The translations under genes and the position numbers were made by a program. The notes under the pieces are model-generated. The model did not search any database. It was not told where the DNA came from and was given only the letters and a program-made list of their open reading frames with translations. From Calcarisporiella thermophila CBS 279.70 (lineage: Eukaryota > Fungi > Calcarisporiellomycota), in NCBI RefSeq assembly GCF_041956535.1, contig NW_027192209.1, positions 12,092 through 76,091 on the forward strand: a stretch of 64,000 bases of DNA, read 5' to 3'. Below, one piece after another: positions 13,495-29,033 of the stretch (its first letter is position 1; the number at the start of each line of letters is the position of its first letter).

Positions 13495-16400
13495 ATGGGT
13501 AAAGGAGGGGGTAAGAATCAACCACGGGTCAAGGGGAATCAGCAGCCTGCAAGCAGTAGGTAAGTTTTGTTCCGGATCAATGGTGCGTTTCTTTCTCTAG
13601 CTTCACATTCCGTTAATTTTCTTTTTTTTTGATTCCAATGCAAGTCGCGCTGCCGAACTTCTCTCCTCCTCGACGCCTGCCCTAAACACCGCGGCACTGG
13701 GAGGCTTTGCCCAGTTTGCCCAAGGGATTGCCCTCCCCACTGCGCTCCCTGCTGCCTCTTCTCAGTCCTCTGCCTCCGATGAACCCGATCTCACCGATCT
13801 GAATCCCGACCTTGTCGTGATCCTGAAAAAGCTCTCGAAGCGCGACCCAACCACTAAACTCCGTGCCCTGGAAGAGCTGGATGCCTATATCAAGGAGTCG
13901 GACTTGGATACCGTGTGTGGATTGATCGGCATTTGGGTGCGAATGTATGCTCGGCTGGCCATTGAGGTTGATCGGCGAGTGCGAGCTGCTGCACAGGGAG
14001 TGCTGAACACAATAGTGAAACGGGTTGGGAAGCGACTTGGCAAATATGTGCGGGATGTGGTGCCAGTGTGGGTGTGTAGCTTTTTTGATGTGAACCGGGA
14101 GGTGGCCAAGGTGGCAAGCGAAGCTTTTCAGGTAAGCTTGTTTCTCCGGCAAAACATGACCATTTGGTCTCCTTATAGCCTTACCCACCCAAACTGGATG
14201 ATTTCTCTATGCAGAGTGCATTTCCTCCCAATAGACGCAAAGAGGTGCTTGTGTTCTGTCAGGCAGAAATCATAAAGCACATCGAGGAATACGCGCTGCA
14301 CAAAACCCCTGAAATGCTAAGCGATCCTCGATTTACCTCGAAGGAGGACATGGGAGCAAAGTATACACGAGTTGTATCGGAATCATTGTATGCACTTGCC
14401 TATTTATATGGTGAGTCCGTTTTTTCTAACCGTGCTCAAGAACCCCACTTATATTCGTGGACTTATATTCTTTCCCTCCTCCTTCCTCATCTCAATACAC
14501 GGTACACTAGAGGAGTTGGATATACAGGAGTTGGAAAAATGCCGCACAAAGTATGATCGTCTTCTAGACCAGCAGGGGTTTTGGCAGCTTACAACGCATG
14601 AACAACCTACCATACGAAAGGCAGCCTATCGGGCTTTCACCAGAATCTTGAATGGTTGGTCAGGTAAAAAATAAATGGCTAGTATTTTTGTCTTGATTAA
14701 AGATTGATTAAACCATCTTTTCATTTCTCTGAACAGAAATGCTAGAAACAAGAGTAGAGTTGGTGAGCAAGTCCTTCCTTGCCAAAGCCTTCAATAATAT
14801 GGATCCATCCACCCATGGAGAGTTATGGGATGCAGTCTTATCCCTTATGAAGAGTAGGCTATCCTCTTCTTCTTTTTCCTTTATGCTTGGAGTTATCTTT
14901 TCCCTTTTTTAAATTTATTTCTCTGGCGTACTTTCGTTAGAATATCCCCAGTCCTGGCTCTTAGCAAGTCAGAAGAAGCCACTTGTGGGAAAATTATGGC
15001 ATTTTCTGGGAGAAGGCGCATATGGGTCTGCCAGCATCACCTATCCAAGCCTAGTTGTGTTAATGGGCTGCTTACCCGCCGAGGTAAGGGGTTTTCAGTA
15101 GATTTTCAAAGTGGCACGGATCTTACCCGAACTGGGCCTTATTTCCAATGATAGGTCGTTGACTCGGCCCAATTCTACCCGGATTTGTTCTTGAGTTTAT
15201 GGAAGGGGCTTTCTTCTCCAGCCATTGACCGAGTATCAGCTACCAGCCTCGTTCAAGCGTACGTGGAATGCCTGCTCTACTCGCTTGCTCAGCTGAATCG
15301 CAAGGAGCCCGGCGCAGCTGTTGAAGATCTGAAGCAAAGGCTTATTTTAAGAGATGCTTGGAGGCTTGTCTCCGCTTATTTGCTTGTTCACTCGCCAAAT
15401 TCGAAGAATGAGAAAGCGGAAGAGAAGCTGATAAGCAGTGGCACGTTAAAACTGCGACCAACCATGCTATGCTCTACCATCGCTACTTTATTTCAGAAGT
15501 TATCCACGATGAGTCTACCGTTATTTGAAGTTGCATGGGAAGAACTCATGGAGAATGTGCTCAGCGGGCTGCAGAGTGAGGATGTGATTGAGAAATCTGG
15601 CGAGAGGGTGCGGGAGCTTCTCCGTAGAATGCATAATGATGAGGGCGGGACATTATTAAAGGCAAAAGTGGACGCCCTTGCTGCAAAAGTGTGGGTATAT
15701 GTTCTTGACCAAATCCATGCCCACCCTTCACCACTGCTATGCCACTTCCTCTATTGCCTTACCGTCGATCATCCTCTACTCCTCGAACGATCAGAGATAT
15801 CCTCAGCATTCAACGACTTCGTTTCAACCACATTCTTTGTACATATCAAAAACTCACCTTTAGCAGTGGCGAAGCCGTTAGTTTTGCTTTTATTAGCGGC
15901 GCCAGAAGGTGTACTGGAGAAGGGCGAAGAAAAAATAGAAAAATGCATAGAAGAGGTGGCGGAAATGGAGGCAATTAGGGGAATGGAGATTATGAGGGTA
16001 GTGGTGAATGAGGTACGTGTTCATGCTTTCTCTCCATGCCCCACCTTTGAGTCATTCAACCCGACTTCAATTGTTTTTCTAGTTTCCTGATACACTCCTT
16101 GCGAAGGGCCATTCCTCAACACTTGATGCCTACGTGTTCAAGCTTTTCGACTCTAACCTTTCCCGTGGTGAACACAACGAATCCTCAACTGAGATAATAA
16201 CAACATGTTTAGGGTTTGGTCGCCTCTCTCCCGATACTGGCGCTCGCATCATCGCCAAGCTTGCCTACACACTAGAGAGCACGACTTCTGAAGATGCAGC
16301 CGTTCTGTATGCATTGCAAATTGTCGAGCAATCTCTCAGGATATGTGGCACGCGGTTTTTGTTATCACTCCAGCCCGCGGCTAACATTGTCCGGTTGCTG

Positions 16401-19277
16401 GCGAATATTTTTCTGCTGTCATCGAGAAGAGGTGCTGATAATGAAATAGACACCGAAGAAGGGGATCGCGAAAGTATCGAGGCTGTTTCACAAACCTGCT
16501 GGTCAATCATCTCCGAAACCATTAAGAGCACTGAATGCGCAGACGTAAAAATGGCACTTGGTCGGCAAGTGACCGAGAGAGTTCTTCATGAGCTAACGTC
16601 TCCTTCAGCCGAACGATATATGAAGCCGGATGATGCGGCACTACAAATAGCCAAAATGATATCGGGGCTAGAGCTGGCTGAAGAAGATCGCGAAGAGATT
16701 ATTCGCCTTGCTCTCGGCCAGAACAATTGGGCTCAATTGGCTCAAGAAATAGAAGCTTGGAGGATAGACCCGAGTCTAGTGATCTTGGAACCGCTCGCAT
16801 CAATAGCTATTGGTGAATCCGGCTTGCCCCTATCCCCAACCGATAGTGAGGTCGTATCCTGGACTCAGCATGTAAAGCTTGCTCTCTTCGTGGCTGACTT
16901 GATTAGCAGCCTCGGACACCAGATCCTCCTCTCTCCTCGCAAGGACAGAGTGAAAGAAAACTGGGTCTTGTTTGGACTACTGTTCATGAGGGAGGCTTGT
17001 ATCGATGAGAGCGCGATGTTTGGGGAGCGATATCGTGCGGCCGCCAGGGAGGATTTGCCAGTTGAAGTCCTTCCCCGGAAGGTGGAGGCAGTAGTCGAGA
17101 GCGTGTTGGAAGAAATGCTAGACCAGTCTATGTTGGGCGTTCAAGAGATAGTGAAGCGGTTTGTGAATGGGGTGCAGCGCAAGATGGAGTGCTTAGAAGA
17201 TGATGGAGTGGTGTATCTTTTGCTTGCATTGTTCCAGCGCGCTGCGACCGGTTTGTACTCGGCTCGCACCTTCCGATGCTTGTTCCGCGCCTTCCTGGTC
17301 CAGGCACATCTAGAATCGCCCGAAGTCGAACCCCTTATCTCGCTTCTGAACGAATCCGCTTCCGATTCCCTCCCGCTTCCCCTCATTTTCGTGCTCATTG
17401 AGTGTCTTGCGCCCTATCTACACGGTAGCCCATCCTATAAACTCTGGCAAAACGAGTTGGCGAGCAAATTAGCTTTTGCCGGTCCCAGTGAACGATTCGA
17501 TACTGAGACAGGATGGCGCAGGCTTTTATTGTTGAACGCAAGCGTGCCCGAAGAGGAAGCCGCCAAGCATGGATTGTTTTTGCCAGGACAGAGATGCGTA
17601 CAGCTTTTGAATGGAATAAAGGGGTGGTATGAGGAAACGCCTGGAGAAGAGTCCGAGCAGGTCCACAAAGAGATTCTACGCTTGCTGAGACATATTTCAT
17701 CTTCGGTTCTGGACGTAGCCTCTGATTCGCATTGGAGATTCATGCTCGACAGGGTGGAGGATGGGTTGGCAACCTCCCAGCTTCCTCGTCGATATCAAGC
17801 CCTGAAATTGTTGCAGGAGCTAAGACATCTCGCTGCCAGGGCGGGGGGTGAGAACATCGAAACAATGCTGCATGAACAAGGGGATGTGCTTGCTCGGAAA
17901 ACACTCGACATTTTTTTGTCGGAGAGCGATGCAAGCGTAGATATGGTAGCAGGATTGGAAGGCTCCGCATCCAAAGTCCCCATCTCCGAGCCAAGGCAAA
18001 GATACTTTGCCATCCTTTCCGACCTTGTCCTCGCTACTCCAAAACGCCTTCTTCTCGACTCCGAGCCACTTGGCTCCTTGTGTGAACTCCTAGGCATGCG
18101 GGATGAATCGTTGCAGAAATGTGCACACCATCTGCTCACCTTGTTGGTTCACGAGTATTCGCAAGACGCCTCGGTTAGACTTGAGCTGCAAGCCATGAGC
18201 GACACCAGAGATTCGGAAGCGAAGACGGCGTATTCGGAAATGCTCCCCCCTGAACTACTCAGCATCGTGCTCACCCTTCCGGAACACGCGGGAGAAGGGT
18301 CAGAGCATGCCACCTTTGCCTACTTCTTGGCGTGGATACTCATTTTCGAACATTTTGAACGGTCCACCTTTGCACTCAAAACCGCCTACACCGCGCATCT
18401 TCGTGATGTAGAGGCTTTGACGAACTTGTTATACTTCCTCTTCGATGTCCTGAACATCACTGGGAAGCCCTTCGATATGTCCCTTTGGGAGGTGGATACG
18501 TTTTATGTTCAGGCTACCCAGCTCCGGGATGCGCCGGATCAGGTACTACCCCTAATGGCAGCCCACGTGTATTTCAAAGCGCTGCGCTATGTGCCGTCGC
18601 TGGTCAGGGCATGGTGGATGGACTTGAAAAATCGGCAACTGAGTATCGCGGTGGAAAAGTAAGCTGTCAAGCTAGCTTTGGCCCTCCTCCCCTCTTCCAA
18701 TTCATGTTGAGAAGATCAAACTAACTCCCCCATTCTCCCCTTTTTCAACTCTAGTTTCACCGAAAAGCACAACAGCCAGCAGATCATTCGTCGCGAGATG
18801 GCTGCGCTTCAGCGGGCTGAGGTCCGTGACGAGCTCGAGGACGAACACCTGACCGTCCGCGTGTCGCGTGCTGCCAACGAGGTCACGGCCGGGTATCGTG
18901 TTGACGAAGCGACCATGGAAGTCATGATCCGTTTGCCGCAAAACTATCCGCTCCGACAGGCAGAGGTGGAGGGACTACAGCGGGTGGGGGTTACCGAGGC
19001 GAGATGGCGCGCCTGGATCTTAGCCACCTCGGCGATCATCACGTACCAGAACGGTACGATTATCGATGCGATTTCGCTGTTCAAACGGAACGTGAGACTG
19101 CATTTCGATGGCGTGGAGGATTGTACCATCTGCTACTCCATCATCAATGTGCAGGACCGGTCTCTTCCGGGGAAACAGTGTCGCACCTGCAAGAATCGGT
19201 TCCATGCCAGTTGTCTGTACAAGTGGTTCCGCTCCTCCAACTCGTCGAGCTGTCCGCTGTGTAGAACACTCTTCTAA
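13495..19277 (+). CDS. RKR1: Listerin E3 ubiquitin ligase (ribosome quality control)
   Basis: N-terminal LKKLSKRDPTTKLRALEEL; RWD region LPQNYPL; C-terminal RING FDGVEDCTICY..CRTCKNRFHASCLYKWFRSSNSSSCPLCR. Confidence 0.95.
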
Positions 19278-19874
19278 AAGTTTCTCCCCTATTTATCTAG
19301 AAAAGCGGCCAGAGTCTTTGGTTGGATGTAGAGATTTTTGGATGTCCCCCCAAAAAAAACCTAATAAAAAGGAAAAATTTCAATCAATCTTGAGCACACC
19401 ATGAAAGATTTTATCCATACTTACATGCCAGTCTGATAGGCATGCAAGTCTAGATCCAATCAGACAAGCAGAATGTGGGAGCTAGTTTTTTAATTGTTTT
19501 CTTTATCTAAAGTGAAATTTGTTATTTAGGTTACTGGAGCGGAAGCAGGGCAGCCAGTCGAATCCAAATTCAATCTGTCATTCAACCATTAGTGGTCCTC
19601 GTTGGGATGTTCTAGTAAACGTGGTTCTTTTTTATCCTCATATAGCTATTAATTAGTCTAATTACAGGTAGAATTACCATGCTATTAAATTCTCTTCATA
19701 TTTAGCAGTTTAATTTTTAACTGTAGACTCAAGCCAACAGTCAACGATTCAAAAACTTTATGCCTAACCTAAATCTATATCATAAATATGGCAACGTTTT
19801 TCATTTTATATCTCCATATACATATACAATTTATTATCCTTTCTCAGGTATCACATCGCATTTAATCTAGTAGT

Positions 19875-21720
19875 CTAGGATCTCTTTATTGCATCTAATA
19901 ATCCAGGAATTTCCTCCGCCTTTTCCTCCGCTATTCCTGAATCGGATTCTTGTGCAAGCAACGGGCAAACCCTCATTTCCTTCCAGCTTCGCCATACCTG
20001 CTCCACCGCTTGACGAGGCTCTTCTCCAATCACCACGCAGAAAATAGCATCGTACCCACCCGCTATGGGATTGAAAGGCGACGAGAAATAAACCATAAAG
20101 CCAATTGGAAGAGTCTGGAACTAGGATAATGCCATTAAGGACTTACCTCCCGGAACTCCGGCCATCACTACTCCTGGAACACGAATACATGCGTCGAGAA
20201 GTCGCATCTGCTCTGGAGGCTCCACGGGGACAGAGGATAGATAAGTCATGCGACGGATCAGCTCCCGGATTCCTTGGAATGTTTCGGAAACTTCCGATAG
20301 AGCCTTAACTGCATCTCCGTCAACTTCCTTAGACAACGCCGCCCATTCTGCTGAAGGCCTACTCGCGCAAAGGGATAGCTCGTGCTTATATGCCTCCGGG
20401 TTAGAGGCTTGGAGAGCGGTGAGGTGGCGGAAGAGCATTTCAATTTTTTTATTGTTTTTGCCCAGTTCATTCCATAGTGGATCGGCTAATTACAGTGAGA
20501 TGAGCGAGAGAGGAATGGTTAGAAGATTAACTATAGAATAAAGGGAAATCAATGCGAGAGAGAAACCTTCTTCAGGGTGATTTTTCCTCCAGGCTAACAA
20601 CTTTGAAGCCATGCTGGGTGTGTGGCTACCCGTGTCAATATCAGCAAGCATGAGGGTGAGAGTAGGTGAGAGCCGGAAAGAGGTAATAGAATTGTCCCAT
20701 CTATATCAAGCTATTCCGTTAAAGTAGGTTCTCCTCAATACATTCTGTGTAGATGGGTTTACATTTCACTCTCGGGTGCCAACGTTTTTAGCAACTCGAC
20801 GGCCTGCACATCCTCTCTCATCGCACTCTCCAAGCCTTTCGGCCCAAAGCGCCTATAGCTGTGGCTTCCCCATACCCCAGCGCTGACATCGAATCCGCTT
20901 CCAACCTTGCCTTGGGCGAAACAATGACAAAACTGGGCGACATTGTGGACCCAGATTTTGTTTTGCTCTGTGGTGAGCGGGAATGAATGGTGGGCAAAAA
21001 GAGCCCCGACGAGGGAAGTAATTAGAGCGGCAGAGGAGCCCAGACCCGTTTTGTGTACAGCACTTAAAGAGGTGTTGGTGTGTGCAAAGGGAGGAAGAAG
21101 TCCAAGCGAGGAAAAAGCAAAGGGGAGGTTCATTTCTTCCAGCTAGGAGGGTTTAGAAAACAACCATTAGGCAATAAAACAAAGACAAACTAGCGACTTA
21201 TGGAAAGTTACCCTTTCGCGCTGCGAATAAAAATCGTTGCTACCCAGCACCCAAATATCCATACCCTGTTCTTTGACTACTTCCACTTGCTGAGAAGCCA
21301 ATTCTCGAAGCACCTTTAGTGTGTACCGCAATGCGATCTCCACGAATTTATTTCTATTAGCACCATCTTCGCTGGAATGGACGTTATTACTAAAACTTCT
21401 CCGGCCATCCAACAATAAGAAGATCCACTTTCAGATAACTTACGCGGTAAGTTCATTTTCCCACTTGTAGTTCCACGTTGCATCTACAAACTGGGGACTT
21501 CTTACGCGAATTTGTCGCGGAATGCCTAGTGGATGAATGACGGTAAAGAAGCGAGCACTAGTGCCCACGACTAGGCCCTCGTAGGTGCGATCAAGAACAA
21601 GGTAGCCACCGGTGAGGAGAACTTTTCCGGGGGCAGAAACAGTTCTAAAAGAGCGATATGTTAGTATCTATGGCCGTGAGATGATGTTAACAAGCGAAGC
21701 AATTACGTGAATTCACCCAT
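19875..21720 (-). CDS. ERG8: Phosphomevalonate kinase
   Basis: SAPGKVLLTGGYLVLD, KTGLGSSAA, AQGKVGSGFDV and GVPG(A)GGYDAI. Confidence 0.95.
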
Positions 21721-22078
21721 ACTATTAATATGGATTTTGCTTGTTTTAGGGGATATTTTCGAGAAAATTGGTCGATTGGATGTCTGGACTGACTGTTATT
21801 TCGTGATTTTTTGAATTCTCCAATTGTTTATTTCCAATTGAATTGAAAACAACGTAGTAGAAATTTTACATGTTCATTGAATTTAGAATTATCAAGAGAA
21901 AAAGAAAAAAAAAAATATGAAGAGAAGAGAAGGGAAAAGAGAAGTTCCACATTCTCTTTATATCTATAAACTACAATTTTCATGCAAATGAAAGTAGAAG
22001 AAGGGAAAGGAACCAGTGGCGAATTTTTTCTCTCGCAAATACAAACAAACAATTGTATTAGTGCGTTTCATTTCTCTC

Positions 22079-25007
<2,929 letters not shown>

Positions 25008-25696
25008 AACGGATTAAGAAGGCGGTTCTCAAGAAAAAAAATTAGGGCCAATGTTTATTTTGATCTCTAGATTTTGGTGACGGTGTTGGATGACGAATCC
25101 GATGCATATCTCTGTTAAGTAACTATTATGACAGAGAACAGGGGCCAATCAAACCTTGTCAGATCAAAATCTCAGCAAGCCACTTGCAGCACGACAGGAG
25201 GAAAACGTGTGAAAAAAGACAGTATTCAAATCAATTCACATAATGAAAAAGGATTAACCTGTCATTGTATAAGTGTTTTTTTTTTAAAAATAGATGAGAG
25301 CTGTTTTCGACTTTGTGGAGGGAGAGCAAAGAGGATATCAGCATAGGATCCAACGCTGCGAATATTGACATATGTAGACATATCAGAGTTATATTTTACG
25401 GAATCTTCCCCCCAGTTCATAATGAATTATTAAAAAGTATATACAACATTGGCGATGCAGAAAATACATTCACTGGGGCAATGCTGATAAAGAAAAAGAA
25501 GAGAGTAAGAAAACAAGAAAAAAAATCAGCTTGCAAAGCGGAAGAAGGCTTAATAGCAGTATTATTATTGTGTAGTAGAAATTTTTTGAAGGCCCTGATA
25601 TATTCACAAAAATAGTGAGTCTAAATAGATCACCATTCCATGCGATTCATGGCATTACCTCCATAATAATATGCTGATATATTACAGTATTTTATC

Positions 25697-25897
25697 TCAT
25701 TGATTTCTATTGTTGCCAGATCTATGTTCCCACAGACCTGTTCGTTTCATTAATCGAATGAGCAAAAATAAAAAGTCAATTAAGCGAGAGATGGAGAAGG
25801 CAGCTGCCTCCGCAGCGACAAACAGGAAGGGTAAGATGAAGGCGAATATGGCGATATAAAATGATACAGTTGTGATGTAGTCGAGATGAGGAATCAT
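25697..25897 (-). CDS. Candidate 66-aa hydrophobic small ORF
   Basis: CACC-ATG context and a hydrophobic stretch; no recognisable family. Confidence 0.2.
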   Translation of the reverse strand: MIPHLDYITTVSFYIAIFAFILPFLFVAAEAAAFSISRLIDFLFLLIRLMKRTGLWEHRSGNNRNQ

Positions 25898-26099
25898 GGT
25901 GAAGAAGTATGAGGGGAAAATAAGGATTGCACCACCCTCATTGTATATCCAGGATAATGGCGCCAAAAACCTTTTGAGTGATCGGCTGTGACCACCCTTG
26001 TGACTGTTGAGCCTTATCTTGGTACCCTTGCACAACATGAAATTTTGGACGCTTTAATTACAAACTCGAATGGATGGAACAAACTGTAGGCTCGAGGTA

Positions 26100-26480
26100 T
26101 CAGTGATAAAAATGGATAGAGTAAATCTCCTGATTGCGGTGAAAAGATATATACGCATTTAATGAATGAGCCTGTTGCAATGCAATCGCAATATTAATTA
26201 CGGAAAAATAAATCGAATCGAGAGAGAGGACAGGCTGCCCTTTAAGTGGCCCCCACTTAAATGTAGTTAAGGTTCAGGCAATAAAGCATAGATTTTCCCA
26301 CTTGTTAAGAAGATTCCAATTTGATAATGAATACACGCCAAATCTCTTATCTATGCAATATGGCCAAATTGGCAAAAGGTTTTATTTCGTATCCTTTCCC
26401 TGCAATCTCCATTTCTCATGCTGTTCCATATCGTTCCCTTGTAAACGCGGCCTGAACATCCTCTCACGCCTAATTGTATT
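26100..26480 (-). pseudogene. Possible decayed protein-kinase (TKL-like) fragment
   Basis: Collinear degenerate motifs in shifting frames: GCSGRVYKGTIW, EIAGK, LAILHR* and INIAIALQQAHSLNAYISFHRN. Confidence 0.3.
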
Positions 26481-26971
26481 CGTGATGGTGTCTGATCACG
26501 TTTTAGGGCTTCGGACGGTGGAGGGAGGATGTGCGGAGAGACCGAAGTAAGCACACCGCTCTCCAGTTTCATTATGGTTCTCCATAAGCGCGCCTTTGTC
26601 CTTTGTTTGTCCACCTGTCGGTTTCCGTCATACAAATTGAATTCGTATCCTCTTGTGTATTAATATATATCCTTAATAAGATTCATTGCGTTTGTGTGTA
26701 TTTTTACTGAGAGAAAGCGTTTGTGATAATTGTAGATAAGCATCAATCCGCCCTACCCATAGAAAACTCTTCTGTGAATGAAGTTTATCGAAGAAGGGTG
26801 GGGAATAATTTTAAAAATGAGTATCTTGCACTTGTTAATAATTCTCTACTGTAAAGCAGAGGAGTTAGATGCATTGAATTTTTTTTGGAAAATCATTCTT
26901 TAAATATGAAAATAGAGACAAATCAAAAACAAAAAAAATCCAATTTCTCCAATCTGAGTCTACCATTTAAT

Positions 26972-28821
26972 TTATGCCAGCTCTTTTTCTAGCTCTTGCA
27001 CAATCACTTTCTTCACCAACTCTCGATCCGCTTTTTCCACATTGATCACTCTTCGTTCACGGTCTAACATACCGACAAACTCTTGCGGGAGAATGGAATC
27101 AAACGAGAAGTCGGAAAAATTGCGCAATGCCTTAGTCACTGCCTCAGAGAATTTTGCGGGATGGGCCGTGGCAAGGCAAATGGTGTGCCTATGAAATGTA
27201 GGTACAATCACAGCATAAACGATGATTGAACACGAGTAAATGCAATTGCATGTTCTTACCAGTTATCAGAAGCGTCTTTTTCCGATACTCGCATGCCGGC
27301 GCATACTCCAACAGCAGTATGGGGGTCCATGAGGTAGGCCTCGTGTTGTGTGCCTTCGGGATGGAAGTATTCCTGGATAACTTGAAGGGTCTAGAGATCA
27401 GGCAGACAAGGAGTTTTCAATACTGATTACTATATGATGTTGCTTCAAATCTTTTACCTGTTCATCATCCACACGACTGCTCTCGAAGCCCCACTGTTCT
27501 GCTATCTTTACGATTTTTTCTCCGATATCCACGCACCACCGGGCTTTTAGTTCTGTCATCCATCCTGCCAATACTTTACTTGCTGTCGCATCCCTGTCCC
27601 CTTGCTGGCCATCGGACAAATTCTCTCTAGCTAAATACCAGAGCAAGCGTTCGAAATTCGATGACACTACGATATCCATGGCGGGACTTAAAGTCTCAAA
27701 CACGCCCCCCCGCCCATCTTCCGATACGATAATCTCGTACCGTCCAGTCGCGAAAAAGCGGTCAAGAATATCGTTGCGATTCGTGGCGATAGTCAATCGG
27801 TCGATTGGAAGACCCATCTGCTTGGCATAAAAGCCGGCAAGAATGTCTCCGAAGTTTCCAGTAGGTACCGAGAAACGGACACAAAGACGCTCAGCCTCTG
27901 GGGAATCCACTCGAATATCGAGGGAACGTAGGAGGGAAAAGTAAGCGTAAAAATAGTAGACCGTTTGGGCGAGAATACGCGCCCAATTGATCGAATTTAC
28001 GGCGCCGAGGCAATATTTTTCATTAAATTGTTTATCGGCAAAGAGCTCTTTTACGACGGCCTGATTACACGTAGCATTTTAGTTAAAGATATAAGAAAAT
28101 AAGGGGAAATGCAGGGTAAGCAGTTGCCTGTAGAATTTACCTGACAATCATCAAATGTCCCTTCAACAGCGAGGTTGTGAACGTTGTGGTCAAGAACTGT
28201 GGTCATTTGAGCCTCTTGAATAGGAGATACACGCCCATGAGGGTGTAGGATGAATACTGACACATTCCTCTTATTACGAAGCCCGTAAATCGCAGCACTG
28301 TATCGTGTCAAACAGTTGGGTGTAAGTAAAGAAAATACCATGTTCGATGAGTCTCATTACCTTCCAGTATCTCCACTGGTCGCTCCTACCACAGTAATGC
28401 GATGCTGGGTGCTATGCTCCTGAGCATTTTTGCGCTCCAGAAAGTACTCAAACAGATTTCCCAAAAACTGTAAGGCTACATCCTTGAAAGCAAAGGTCGG
28501 CCCGTGGAATAATTCCAATACATATTTCCTCGATGCAAGGTTTTTCAAAGGTGTCACCCTGGAGTCTCGGAAAGTCGCATAACTTTTTTCGATCAATTTA
28601 GCGAGATCGGCCCGGGGGATTTCCTCCTCCTCAATGAAGAGCGAGAAGATCTCGAGAGCCAAGGCTTGAAAGCTAAGAGAGGACCATGAAGCAAGTGTTT
28701 CCAACGGAATGCGAGGAATGGAGTGCGGAATGAAGAGACCGCCGTCCGGGGCTAAGCCCATAAGCACAGCCTCCTCGAATGTGACATTAGAAGATTGACC
28801 GCGGGTTGACCGATAGCGCAT
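26972..28821 (-). CDS. THR4: Threonine synthase
   Basis: MRYRSTRG, GLAPDGGLF, ELFHGPTFAFKDVAL, ATSGDTG, VNSINWARIL, VPTGNFGD and ATAHPAKF. Confidence 0.97.
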
Positions 28822-28893
28822 TGTTTATGAGCGAAATCCTAAACTATTGCAAGAGCCTCTCTACTTTGCAAGTGCCCGAGGAGAATAATTTCA

Positions 28894-28902
28894 TTGACTC
28901 AT
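28894..28902. promoter_or_regulatory. Gcn4/CpcA-type site TTGACTCAT upstream of THR4
   Basis: TGACTCA core 73-81 bp upstream of the ATG of an amino-acid biosynthetic gene. Confidence 0.55.
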
Positions 28903-29033
28903 TGTTTGATTTGATTAATACTCGAGCAACTATTGGCCGATGTATCGCTTGCTGCAAATATCGAGCCTAGTTTTGCCACCAATTCACATCCCAAGGAGCC
29001 TTGACGCTAAAACAGGGTTGTTGTCAGCTATAA

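Noticed and set aside
26241-26261. 9-bp inverted repeat TTTAAGTGG-ccc-CCACTTAAA
   Set aside because: Isolated, with no transposase, target-site duplication or second copy.
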